The notes: generated from the letters alone by a model not told the origin. Positions 50,101 to 62,480 are shown, counted from the stretch's first letter. The stretch: DNA of 64,000 bases from Callorhinchus milii (GCF_018977255.1 NW_024704793.1:186001-250000), one strand, 5' to 3'. Numbers and translations: made by a program.

Positions 50101-53100
50101 GTGAGTCCGGCAAGCATCCATCCATCTCTCTAATGCACCTCAAACATCCACTGCTTACACAAGGCTCTAACCGTATTATACCTCTTTAATCTTTCAGTTA
50201 CTGATATCATGAATATCTTACCAACTGAGCCTGTGCACATACTTGTTTTTGGGGCATAGATGAGATAGCAACAAAAATTAAATCGAAACGTTGTTCAATA
50301 GTTGATCATCGCAGTACGTTCTAGAAAAAATGTATTAGCCTCGCTGCTCTCCCCTGCTAAGTCAATCTCAATCGGCAAACTCTCCCAGTTCAATAAATCC
50401 CAAAAATCCACAATTCGCTGTCCATTTTCCACTCGCAACTCAATCCATCGCCTAATTCCTCCACATCTCTATCCATCTCCCTCTCACACCTCAATCAATA
50501 CCCTAACTTCTGTATCCAGCGCCCTCTCACACGACAATCCATTCTCTGACTCCGAGAAATATATATTGTCCTCTCTCTAGCAACGCAATCCATCCGATGT
50601 CTCACCGAAGTATCAATTCATCTCCATCTTGCAACTTAAACCATCCACTGTCTCCATCAATTCGATATCCATCTCCCTCTTGCACTTGCATAACTCTATT
50701 TATATCAATCTCGCAAAATTGTCAATCGCCTGTCGCACTAAGCGTCTATCAATGTCCCTCTTTTATCTCAGTCGTCGCCTAACAACACAAGCCTCTATCC
50801 ACCTCCCTCCTGCATAACAACTGTTAAATATTTTTATTATTCATATTTCACTTTTTATGTTTGTGCTCATCCACGATGTAGATGGGTGAATGGTGGAAAT
50901 AGCTTAAAAAGCGTAAATTTTAAAGTTGTTCAAACGTTGATGAGAGCACGGGTCTCTGAAACAATGGAACAGTCTCGCGGCTCTCTACTGCTTACTCAAT
51001 CTCCATATGCAAACTCTCCCACTTAAATCCAGCCCCTAATTCCTCAAGTCTCTATCCATCTCCCTCTCACACTTCAACCCATCCCTTGATTCGAGTATTT
51101 CCTATCCATCTCCCACATGCACGTCAATCCATCCATGACTCTTCATATTTGCCTATCTATCTCCGTCATAAAAATGAATCCATCCACATGACTCCTCAAA
51201 TCTATATCTATCACCCCGTCACACCTATTCCATCGCAAAAGACCGTGAAATCTATATCCATCTCGCTATGGCACGTCAGTCAATCCCCTGACTCCACCAA
51301 ATCTCTGGTTATCGACTTCTCGCATTTTAATGCATCCCCTGACTCCCCCAGATGTCTATTTGTTTCCTTCTCGCACATTAATCTATCCTCTAACTCAATC
51401 TGGCTCTGTCCACCACTGTGTTGCAACTTCTTCCATGCCCAAGTGTCTGTCCATCTTCCTCTTTAACCTCATTCCATTCTCTGACTCACCCTTTTCTCTA
51501 TCCATATCCATATTGCACCTCAATAGATCCAGTAATTGAAAATCTATATCCATAATAATCTCACACTTTACTCCATCGCCTGACTGCACAACATTAAATC
51601 CACCTGCCCTCAATCAATCCGCTGACTCCTTACACCTCAAGCAATCCGCTGCCTCGCCCTCATGACTATCTATATCCCATTCGCAAGTTTATCCATCCCC
51701 TGATCCCTCAAATCTCTATCCATTGGTTTGTCGCAACTCAAACGATTTCCCGTATCCCCAAGTCTCTATCCATCTGCATCTTACACCTCCATTCATCCTC
51801 CGACACACTCACGTCTCTATCCATCTCCTTCTTGCACTTCAATCCATATCCTGAATTCTGCAAGTTTCTATCCATAACCATCATTAAAAATCACCTAACG
51901 CCATCCATCTTCCTCTTGTACCTCAATGCATTGTGTGACTGCAAAAATCTCCAGGAGTTCCCTTTTGCAACTGAATCTATTAATTATTGCCCTCATTAAT
52001 ATTTTACATATTGAGTCCGTACTCATATATTTGCAGGTGGGGGAATGCTTGCGATATCTAAAAAAAGTAAATTGAAATGTTGTAGAATCGTTATTCATAA
52101 CAAGATGATCGAAAACTATGGATGATCTCCACTGCTAACTCAATCTGAGTCTGCAGTCTCCCCCACCTCAATGGATCCCCTAACACTTCAATTCTCTATC
52201 CATCATCCTCTCACACCACAGTCTATCACCTGATCCCCCACATATCTATCCTTATCCCTGTCACCTCATCCATCTACTGACTTCCGCAAATCTTTGTCCA
52301 TCTCCATCTCACATGCCATGCCATCCCTTGACTTCCAAGAGTTTCTGTTTAACACTCCTTAACAGCTCAATACATTCAATGCTCTCCGAAGTCTCAATCT
52401 ATCTACCTCTTGACCATGAATCCACCCCCTGTCCCTCAAGTCTCTATCCATTTCCCTCTTGCACTTCAATCCACACACTGATTTCCACTATTCTCTGTCC
52501 ACCTACATCTAGAAACTCAATCATTCCGCTGACAAATCGAAATCTCCATCCATCTGCGTCGTGCAACTCAATTCGTTAAATAATGTTGTTCTTAATATCT
52601 TACCACTTGTGCCATTGCTCATCTCCTTTGAAGTTGGGAGTATGGTTGAGATAGCTAAAAAAAACAAAAATGCATATTTGTTCAATTCTCAATGATAGAA
52701 GGTGCTCTAAAACAATGGATCAGACTCCCTGCTCTCCACTGATTTCTCAATCTCAATCGGCAATCTCTCCCACCTCAATCGATCCCAAACTCGGCAAGTC
52801 TCTCTCCATCTCCCTCTCACACCTCAATGGATCCGCTAATTACCACGCATCTCTATCCAACTCCATCTCACCACTCAATCAATCTTCTGACATCCCCTCT
52901 TAATTATCGATCTCCCTCTAACACCACAGTCTCTCTTCTCACGCCCAAGTCTGCCTTTTAAGCTCTACCTACCACCACAATCAATCACATGGCTCCCGGA
53001 ATTATCAATCCATCTCCCACTTGCACACCAATCCATCCACTGTCACCATCTGCCAGCCACTTGTACGTCAGTGCATTCCCCGATTCCCCAAATTGGTTAT

Positions 53101-54960
53101 TCATTTCAGTCTTACACTTCAATCTATCCAATGACTCCTGAAATCATCTCCATCTCACACGTCAATCTATCACCTGACTCAACAAGTCAATTTTCATTTT
53201 CCTATTACATTTCCATCCATCTTCTCACTCCCCGAAATCTCTATCCAACTGATTATTGCAAGTCTATACTTCCCTCAATTCCCGAATCTGTATCCATCTA
53301 CAGATTTCATAACTTAATCTGTCACCTCATTCTAGAAAGCCTCTAGGTGCCACTTCCTCACACTCATTCCATTGCTTGGCTCCCCCAAGCCTTTATCCAA
53401 CTCCGCCTGCAGCTCAATCCATCCCGACACCACAAAGTATTTCTCTTCACCTGACACCTCAATAGTTGCCCTGACTGCCTAAGTCTCAATCCGTCTAACT
53501 CTGCACCACAGTAAGTCCCCTGACTCCCAGATGTTTCCAGCCATCTCTCACACCACAATCCTTGGGACAGCTTATATTCACTTCCCTCCAGCACCGCAAT
53601 CCATCCTTTGACTTGCCGAAGTCTTATTCCATTACCCTCTTGCACTTCAATCCATCCGCTGACTCCGGTAATTCTATATCTGTCTCCCTCTTGCCCTTGA
53701 ATCCATATCCAACTTCCGCAAATCTCTATCCACTTCCATCTCGAAACACAATCAATCCCCTGAATCCAGAAAGTAATTCCGCTGTCTCACCCAAATCTCT
53801 ATCCATCTCATTCGTGCACCGCAATCTATTAGTTAGTGTTATTGTTAATCGGTTACCTCTTGTTCCTTTGCTCGTCTCCTTTGAAGTTGAGTGTATGGTT
53901 GGCATAGCTAAAAAAAGAAAAATTGCACAGTGTTCAATTGTTAATGATTGCCGATGCTCCAAAAAGATGGAGCCTCTCTGCTCTCCACTGATAACTCAAT
54001 CTCAATCTGCAAGCTCTCCAATCTCAAACGATCCCCAAACTCCTAAACTCTATCCAGCTCCCTCTCACATCTCAATCGATCCCCTAATTTCCCGCAATCT
54101 CTATCCATCTCCATCTCGAAACAAAATTAATCCACTGAATCCTCTTAACAACTATCAATCTCCCTCTTTTACTTCAGACACCAGTTGAATGATCAAGTCT
54201 GCATCCGTCTCCGTCTTGCTCATCAATCCATTAGAACATTGTATTACCAATCTCTTATCTTTTGCGTCTGTGGTTATCCGTATTGTAGATGGGGAAATGG
54301 TTGAGGGAGCTAAAAAATTAAATTGAAAAGAAGTTCAGTCGTAGATAATAGCACAATGATCTGAAACAATGCATCAGCCAGCTGCTTTCCACAGCTTACT
54401 CAATCCCCATTTGCAACCTCATCCACTTCAATCTCGTTGGTAACTCTTCAAGTCTCTATCCATTTCCCAGTGGCACATCAATTCACCCACTGGTTCCCGC
54501 ACATTTCTGTCCATCTCTCTCTCACAGCCCAATCCATCCCTGAATCCAAAAAATTCTCTATCCATCTCCATCTTTCGCCTCAATCCATCCCTAAATTCCC
54601 ATGTTTATATCCATCTCTGTCTCACATCTTAGTACACCCACTGACTCTGAAAAGTCTCTACCCATTTCACTTTCACACATTCATCCATTCCCTCTCTCCC
54701 AAATATCTCATCCCATCTCCTGCTCACACCTTAATCAATCAACTGAGTCACCCAAAAGAACATCCACCTAACTCTTAAACTTCACGACTTTCCCATGAAC
54801 CTGCAAGACTCTATCCATCTCCCTCTCGCAGTTTATCGAAAATCCTCTGACTGGACATGGCTGTCCACCTCCCATTTACACTTCCATCTATCGCATGATT
54901 ACACATGTCTTCATTTGCATTTGTTCATCACTTAAGTACTCAAATTCTTTATCTATCTTC
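47130..54960. repeat. Composite minisatellite: about 50-bp CT-rich monomer arrays separating the stalk-exon modules
   Basis: Approximate consensus TCAATCCATCCCCTGACTCCCCAAGTCTCTATCCATCTCCCTCTCACACC; for example gtctctatccatct recurs at 51762 and 51813. Confidence 0.85.
47527..54309 (-). other. Array of 11 duplicated, mostly 51-nt, Ser/Thr/Pro-rich stalk exons (3 intact, 8 degenerate)
   Basis: Copies at 54309-54259, 53907-53857, 52654-52604, 52057-52008, 50902-50852, 50268-50222, 49676-49625, 49230-49180, 48575-48525, 48047-47997, 47577-47527; consensus tttttttag|CTATCTCAACCAT...ATGAGCACAGACTCAAGTG|gtaagata. Confidence 0.8.
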
Positions 54961-55567
54961 CTCTTCGGTTAGACGGACAGATAGAGAGAGAGAGACGGAC
55001 AGGCAGATGAGCAGTAGGAAGGACTGATGTGGAGATAGGTACTTACGAACAGGATGAGGCCATTTAGCCCATGGAGCCTGTTCCGCTATTCTATAAGTTT
55101 ATGTCTAAACTGTACGTAAACTAGAATTACCCATTCTTGCTCCTTTTCCTTTAATAATCTGAGCTAATAAACATCTATGCGCCTCCGTCTCGACAATGTA
55201 AATGGTTCCAGCCACAACAGACAGCATTTTGCGGTTGAGAGAGTGTTGCAGATATCCATTGCCCTTTATTTCAGTGGCAAAATGGCTGCAAGTTTCACCC
55301 GTAAATGACTCTGCGTTAATTTTAAGATAATGTCCCGTGTCCTGGATTCCCCCACATAGTAAAAAGCTTATAAGTAGCTACGTTATCGAACACTTTATAA
55401 TTTAAAAAAAACTTAATGCTGAAGAGAGAGAGATACAGACAGAAAGGGAGAAAGACCTAGAGACAAGTTGGAGAGAAGACAGATGGAGAAACAGATAGAG
55501 AGTGGGAAGAGAGAAAGGAGAAAAAGAAAATGATGGCAGGTGAACAGTTGAGTGTGATCACACTTAC

Positions 55568-55876
55568 CTGATCGAACCGTCACGTAAATTTCCTGGAAGG
55601 AATGGGTGAGACCTTTTATCTTGAAAGTATAACGATATGATCCAGAATCTTTGAGTTCAAGTTTGCTGATGTTTAAGCTTCTAAAATCCAGAGAGTGACG
55701 ACTGTCAGCGAAAATCAGATTGCCATCATGTGTCCACTGTACCTCAATTTCATCCGAACTAATTGTGCCGTCTCCATGAAATGTGGGTTTGGTGTTAAAA
55801 TAACCAGGGTGTGAGATTTGACATGTGAGAGCCAGCCGTCCACCTGCGGTCAGAGAGATCTCAGTAGACACAGACA
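55568..55876 (-). CDS. Second Ig domain exon (C2/I-type), F-strand Cys replaced by Tyr
   Basis: GGRLALTCQI...VQWTHDG...SLNISKLELKDSGSYRYTF...IYVTVRS; 309 nt, phase 1-1, ctgcag| and |gtaagt. Confidence 0.85.
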
Positions 55877-56289
55877 CTGCAGAGAGGCAGGAGAAAGAGT
55901 GGGGACAAACAGTTACTACTATTAACTGAAACATATTCCAACATGATTTACAGCAGGAACAGTCACCGTTTCTATCTGTATCTGGTCTGCCCAATTCACT
56001 GCACCATATGTGCCCTTCAGCGAGCGACAAAGAGACAAAGAGAAGGAAAAGGAGAGAGAGATAGAAAGAGAGAGCGAGAGATTGAGAGAGAGCAAGAGCG
56101 GGAGAGAATGCGAGAAAGAAGGAAAGAAAGAAAGATATGAAAAAAAGAAAGAAAGTAAGGAAGATAGATAGAGACACTGAGAAGGAGATGTAATGCGAGA
56201 GAGAATGGCTGAGAGAAAAGATTGAGACTGAGAATGAGAGAGCGAAATACACATGTCGAGAGATCAGTCAGGTCTGTGCAGTAACTTAC

Positions 56290-56644
56290 GGTGAAACACT
56301 ATCAGATGGACGATGCATGTATACGCAATTTTTTCTTCTTTTTTTATAAACAATGCACTGTTACTCGCCAGCCAGACTCATTGTGGGTGTGAGTAACAGG
56401 GAGAGATCCCCTGACTGGAAAGCGTTGGAATCAGCCACTGATATGTCCTTATCATGAGTGTCGTCACACGCAGAGCTGTCTTCAGTTATCTCACACAAGT
56501 TTAGTTCTTCCTTCCCTGAGATGGAGTACCAATACCATTTAGCGGATTTGTTTTCCCTCCCAGCGTCAGGTGAGCAAGGCAGTAAGGCAGAGCTGAAGCC
56601 GTTAGACACCACATAACTCTCGCTCTCATCACTTCTCATAGAGA
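56290..56644 (-). pseudogene. IgV-domain exon with a premature stop and a frameshift
   Basis: SALLPCSP...AKWYW...FQSGDLSLLLTPTMSLAGE*QCIV; TAA sits where Tyr of the GxYxC motif is expected; 355 nt, and removing one base from the A-run restores ...KIAYTCIVHLIVFH|gtaagt in phase 1. Confidence 0.85.
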
Positions 56645-57790
56645 CTGCACAGGAGATAAACGTGAGAGAGACTGAGAAACATTCCTCACCGAATAAACAG
56701 CACACAGCGCAAACTCAGCCCCTCGTGATCATTAGCACATTACACATTGTTTAATAATAATCATTGTTCGCATATTAACTGCAGCGATTTATTGCGTATT
56801 CGAGGCGTCACAAAGCACTTTACAGAATCTACTGTGGGTCGAATTAACTGTATGTTTTACTTCCGAAACATGGCAACAAATTACACACAACATTTTCCCA
56901 AGGAAAGTGACGGATTGTGTAACTGGTTCATTATGTATATGTAAAGCAATTCTTAACTACGGAAAATAGATACGCCCATCAATTAACAACTGTGTTCCTA
57001 CTGATTGGGAGGTAAACGCTGGTGCGTATAGTAAGGAAAGTTGCCCCACATTTAGCCCTTCCAGGTATTGAACCCAGAAATCTCACTTGTGAGGCGAGTG
57101 CTCAAAAAGCTGAGCAACAGGTCTCCACATAGTGTTGTGATAAGCAGCACATCACAGAGAGGGAAGGAGCGTGAGAGGAAGGAGCAACACAAAAGTTAGG
57201 GATAGAGTGAGGGAGATAAATGAGGGAGATTTAGGGATCGAGAGGGAGTGGAAGAGAAAGAGAGGGAGAGGGAGATGAAAAGGGAAAGAAGTGAACCAAT
57301 GTGAGACGGGAAAAGAGGCATCGATGCAGGAAATAGTGAAGAGGTAAAACAAGGGGAGTTGAAGGGAAGGAAGAGCGAGGAAAGCGTGAGGGAGAAAAAG
57401 AGGCGAGAGACACATAGAGGGAGAGTGACAGAGAAGGAGAGATAAATAAAGATGACGGAGAAGGAAAGAGAGCTTCCCCTTCTACAGACCTTCGATCACC
57501 CTCCAGCCCTCACTGCCCTCCACCCCTCATGATCCCGTTCTGCAGCTCGGGTACAAACCGCTCACTGTTGAACAATAACAACTTGCATTTACATTGCTCC
57601 CCTCACTCAGGGCAACGTCCCAGAGCAGGTAACAGCTTGAAATGTTCTCCCAAAGTGAAAGTCACTGTGTAAATTCAGTCGGTGGTTGTGGCTGGTGGCT
57701 GTTTGTGGGAGACAGGAGTCAGTCCTCTGATATCCTATGTAACAGTAAGTGCCATGGTTGGTCTGATCAGCAGCCTGATGGTGAGACACC

Positions 57791-57791
<1 letters not shown>

Positions 57792-57821
<30 letters not shown>

Positions 57822-58113
57822 ATGCATTTGATATAGCGCTTTTCACGTCGGGAGGACGTCCCAAAGCGCTTCACAGAATATACTGTGAAGTGAATTGACT
57901 CTATATTTGTGGGCGAACGCGGCAGCCAATTGCGCACAGCAATGTCCCACAAACAGTCGTTGATTGAAAATGACCAATTTATTATGGTTTTTGGTTTTGG
58001 AAGGATTATCATTAGGCTCTGTGTGGAGTAAGGAAACTTGCCCAAGGTTTGGCCCTCTGCCTGGAATTGAACTCAGGTCTCTCCATTGCAAAGCGAGTGC
58101 TCTAACCACTGAG
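57792..58113 (-). mobile_element. Same SINE family, well preserved, (ATT)n tail
   Basis: Colinear with 16032-16345; further copies at 13735-14040(+), 27078-27455(+), 43875-44095(+), 56740-57126(-), 59280-59535(-). Confidence 0.85.
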
Positions 58114-58382
58114 CGAGTGCCCTCCTCTCCTCTCTCCTCTTCTCACTCAAAGCCAAATCAGCAAGTACAAAGGAGACTGCAATCATCATAGCTGATGCTA
58201 ACTTTCGCACAGAGACTTTCACGACTCAAAGTGGTTCAGAAGGTCCACAGTGAAGTTTGTTGACTGCGTTTTATGGCGCAACGCGGCAGATAATTGCATA
58301 GAGCGACATTCCCGCAAACAGCCGTGAAATGAACTGCGATTGAAACCTTTCAGCCAGGACACCGAGAAAGAAGGAGAGATAG

Positions 58383-58432
<50 letters not shown>

Positions 58433-58542
58433 GAGGGAGAGAGAAAGAAAGTACCTTCTCTTTACCTGACACAACATACAGCACAAGTTAGTCCATGGGG
58501 TGAAAGGCAGAGATAGGAGAGCTCAGGAGTGTGGACACGTAC

Positions 58543-58636
58543 CTGAAGTCAGGAGACAGAGAGGCAGGAACATCCAGCAGAATGATATGACGGAGTGACT
58601 GAGCTCAGCTCTGGGCACGACACGGCCTCTGTCCAT
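58543..58636 (-). CDS. Signal-peptide exon of the IgSF receptor
   Basis: MDRGRVVPRAELSHSVISFCWMFLPLCLLTS, ends CAG|gtacgt in phase 1; acceptor (ct)n-cag before 58713. Confidence 0.75.
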
Positions 58637-59879
58637 CCCAAATCCTGACCCACGCTATTACTGTATCTCTCAGCCACATAGACAGGGGGCACTCCCCAAG
58701 CCAGAGAGTGTCACTGAGAGAGAGAGAGAGAGAGAGCGACAGAGAGAGACAGGGAGAGTCAGCGAGAGAGACTGAGAGACAGCGAGAGAGGTAGTCAACG
58801 AGATAGATGGAGAGACAGAACCAGAGCCGAGCACTGGTCAACACCGCTCACACCACAAAATACCACGAACATCTCAGTGCTGTGACCTGAACACATTCAG
58901 TGACAAAGGCGGGACATGAAAAAAAAACATTTCATAATGATGCATCTGTCACTTTCCTGTTGCAAAATGACCTGCTGTTTTTCTCATCATTCACATGTTG
59001 TGTCCTTGAGTCTCTATCGAACTCCCGCTCACAGCTCAATCCGTTTTCTCACTCCCCGCGTCTCTGTCCGTATCTCTCTCGCACTTGAATCCAACCCCTT
59101 GTGCCTCAGGACAAAACACTCAAATGACAGGCAAAGAACGCGAAAGGGCAGCAAATGAATCCTGAAGGGGAAAAAACAGCAGAAACAGCAGCCAATTATG
59201 CAACAGGAAAGTTGCAAAAAACACGTTGTGAAATGGTGTATTTTATGTTTTCTGATTGGTCACACAGACGTGTTATAAACCTTGCATTTGATATGGGGCT
59301 TTTCACGTCGGGAGGACGTCCCAACGCACTTCACAGAATACACTGTAAAGTGATTTGACTGTATGTTTGTGGGCGAACGCGGCAGCCAATTGCGCACAGC
59401 AATGTCCCACAAACAGTCGTAGATTGAAAATGTTGTTTTTTTGGGGGGGTTTTGGAGGGATTATTATTAGGCTCTGTGTGGAGTAAGGAAACGTACCCAA
59501 GGTTTCGCCCTGACCTGCCGGGGATTGAACTCAGTCTCTCGCTTCAGGCCACAACCCGGAGAATCTTCTCATTTCCTGGTCTGAGCGATTTTAGTCAGTG
59601 CTGTGCACTCTATCGCGCTCTCTCTTTCCATATTTATCGTTGTATCTTCCTGTCTCTCTGTGCCTTTCGCTGAATCTCTCTCTCTGTATCTCTTTGTCCC
59701 CCTTCTGTTTCTCTCTATCTCCTTCTCTCTCTCTCTGTGCCTCTCTATTTGTCTTCCTCAGTGCGTCTCTGTCTCGATCTCTCTCGGTATGTCTGTCTCC
59801 GTTTGTCTCTCTCTGTTGGTCTGCAGGGGTGGGAGTGTGGGATTGGTGGGGGGAAACGCCTTGTATCAGGCACATGGGT

Positions 59880-60350
59880 TATTCTTAATAATTATTATCT
59901 CCTGACTTATATATGTGTGTGTGTAGTGTTACAGTTTTTAAATTATTGCAGGTATTACCATTAGACTCATGTCGTACTATAACTATGTAACTATATTGTT
60001 AAATTTGGACACTATATTATTATCATTACAGTGTTTGAACTAATGCAAATATTCTCACCTTTCTTATCGCTTCACTCTCGCTCTACTTTATTAAATTTTA
60101 TAAATGAATACATATATGTATTAAGATTTCAGAGATTTTATATAAAACAGATATAAAATAAAATATAATTACACGATATAATACGTTATAAACTGTTATA
60201 AGTTATTCAACTTGATAATATCAATACATTAAAACAGTTTGCTATATTTTACAATATATTTGTAAATATTTTTTAAAAATAATTATATTATTCCGTAATG
60301 TTTTTCATATAATTATTTAATATTGTAATAGTATTTTTATTTATTACTGT
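59880..60350. repeat. AT-rich low-complexity region
   Basis: Very high A/T content, no ORF. Confidence 0.7.
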
Positions 60351-60610
60351 CTGTAGCCTTTGTGGCTACGCTTGCAACCAAAGGATATGATATGGAATGT
60401 AGAATGGCACACAGACAGACGTACAGACAGACTTTCATTCTTAATGATATTCATCTGGAAGGACACCTGTGGGAGGACTCATTGGGTGGACTCTGCGTTA
60501 AAAATATAATTGTGTTGCTGTTGCTGGGGCTTAGCTTTTCTACATTGGTTATGTTGGCTACGGACTTGCGCACGATGACAGAGCGCCAATTTGGCTCTGA
60601 GCAGTTGGAA

Positions 60611-60621
60611 GAAAAGCGAAA
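60611..60621 (+). promoter_or_regulatory. Candidate IRF-E/ISRE-like motif upstream of a possible TRIM 5' UTR exon
   Basis: GAAAAGCGAAA with nearby CCAAT boxes and donor AAG|gtgagg at 60698. Confidence 0.3.
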
Positions 60622-60796
60622 ATGCAAACAAATCATGAACGACAGGAGATACCGAAAAAGAAATATCTCATTCTACTCCCACATTCAAGCCATTGAAGGT
60701 GAGGTATAAATCCCGTCTCGCCTCCGTCTGTGACACAGTGGACCACTCAATCCTCCTCCACCGCCTCTCCTCTCACCTCAAACTTCAATGCGCCAT

Positions 60797-61243
60797 GTCT
60801 GTTTGTGGGAAATTGCTGTGCGCAATTGCCTGCCGTGTTCGCCCACAAATATACAGTCAATTCACTTAACAGTGTATTCTGTGAAGCGCTTTGGGTCGCC
60901 TTCCCGAACTGAGAAGCGCTAAATCAAATGCATGGATTATTATTATTATAATCATTATTATTATTGTAGCGTTCTTCACGTCTTCCATTCATCTCAAAGC
61001 GCTTCACAGGATATTCTATAAAGTGAATATATGGGCAGTAGGCGGCAGACAATCGCGTACAGTAATATCCCACAAACCCTCCTCGATTGAATTATCCATT
61101 TTTATGATTTTTCATTGGTTGCGACATTATTATCAGGTGTGTGTTTGATTAAGCATCTTGCCCAAAGTTTCGCCATGCTGGGAACCGAACCCAGGTCTGT
61201 CGCTTGCAAGTCGAAAGCTCTAACCACAGATCTACAGGACTCC
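60797..61243. mobile_element. Two SINE copies tail-to-tail sharing an (ATT)n tract
   Basis: Plus-strand 3' half 60797-60960 and minus-strand copy 60960-61243 whose head is ggagtcctgtagatctgtggttagagc. Confidence 0.75.
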
Positions 61244-61949
61244 AGAAATAACAGAATTCCTAGTGCAAAATAATGCAATATGTGATGGAACAAACGCAAC
61301 TTTTGACATTCTGTTTGTTTTTGGATATTGACTAACTTTTATCGAGAATAATTGACTGGTGTTAAAACTCATCTCCACTGTCATCCTACAATATTGTGAT
61401 AAATGAAATTAAAGGCAATCGATGCTCAGCAAACACCGTGTACTGATTGCGACGATTTTCATGTAGTTTGGTGTTACGAAATACAACTAATTGCATCTTG
61501 TGTAACAGACATTCACTTCAGACACATGATTACCCACAAATAAGCTTTATGTATAACAAGAGGACATTTAAAACATTGATGTCAGTGGCAGGATTGTCTC
61601 AGCGACAAATGACAATCAGTTGGTTTCCCATCGATCACCATTGGTTGAGCACAAATTTGTGAAAGGAGAAGTGCATGTAATGCACGATAACAGCGCTTTT
61701 TTAACGTTAACTAAGATTAATGTTAAATATTGTTGTTTTGGTTTATCACAGTCAATGAAATAATATGCCTTTTCTCCGAAAGACATTTACTCTTTGGTTC
61801 CTCTAATCGCAACATTTTTGGCTATCAAACAACTTACCATTTTGCCTGAAGCTGCTTTCCCAACTTTTCCTGTTTTTATTTTCTTCACTTCCAATCTCAA
61901 AACCATCCACTAAGGCTACACATATGGTTGTTCTTTCCTTCTATTCATT

Positions 61950-62480
61950 GCAACGAGAATTGGCTATGCAAACCCCTTGACTGCCGTCCTCCGCAACTCC
62001 TCCCTCTTTCGGCTGCAGATCATCCAGAACACGGCATCTCATGTCCTCTCCCTGTACAGGGTCCGTGGCACTATTACGCCCATCCTCGCCCTACTCACAG
62101 GCTTCCCGTCACACAGAGGATACTGTCCAAGATCCTCGTCCTTTCTTTATATGTGAGCGCTTAGAGTGCTCTGGCCTTCTTCAACCCCCCGACTCGCTCG
62201 CCACACGCCTGTTGATAGGTATTCTGCCACTCTGCCCTCATCCTACGGAACACCATGCCGCAGTCCCAAATCCTCGCTCCCTCCCTTGCCTCCTTCAAGA
62301 CCCATCTGAACACCCTCCTCTGCGACTGTGCTTTCTAACTCTCTGTTTCACGCCCGCCTGCCACTCTCCCCGATTCCGAACCCTAGCTCGGGTCCCAAAC
62401 ATTGAGTGTCCATCGACTTGGGACATCATCCAGACGTGAAAGGCGCTTTACACATATGATGTTGTTGTTTTTGTTGTTGT
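61950..62480 (+). mobile_element. L2 3' fragment
   Basis: HRLPVTQRILSKILVL remnant; gacgtgaaaggcgcttt and (TTG)n tail. Confidence 0.7.

Larger units (their letters stand above)
43734..58636 (-). pseudogene. Type I Ig-superfamily inhibitory receptor gene (signal peptide, IgV, IgC2, mucin stalk exons, TM, two ITIMs) with disabling lesions
   Basis: Exons: SP 58636-58543; V 56644-56290; C2 55876-55568; 51-nt stalk exons between 54309 and 47527; TM 46740-46636; cytoplasmic 46249-46212; ITIM exon 43844-43734. Phases chain 1-1-1-1-1-0. V exon has an in-frame TAA and a +1 frameshift. Confidence 0.82.

Noticed and set aside
47527-54410. CRISPR-like repeat/spacer interpretation
   Set aside because: Eukaryotic context, long degenerate units, non-unique spacers, no cas genes
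47130-54960. Many S/P/I/L-rich plus-strand ORFs, such as 53562-54188
   Set aside because: Translations of the CT-rich minisatellite; the coding signal is in short minus-strand exons
55413-56252. 279-aa ORF with hydrophobic ends as a single gene
   Set aside because: The ends are CT microsatellite intron; only 55876-55568 is exon
58455-58465. 11-nt micro-exon (tcag|gtaaagagaag|gtac) in the receptor's first intron
   Set aside because: It would break the phase-1 chain; the leader splices in frame to the V exon without it
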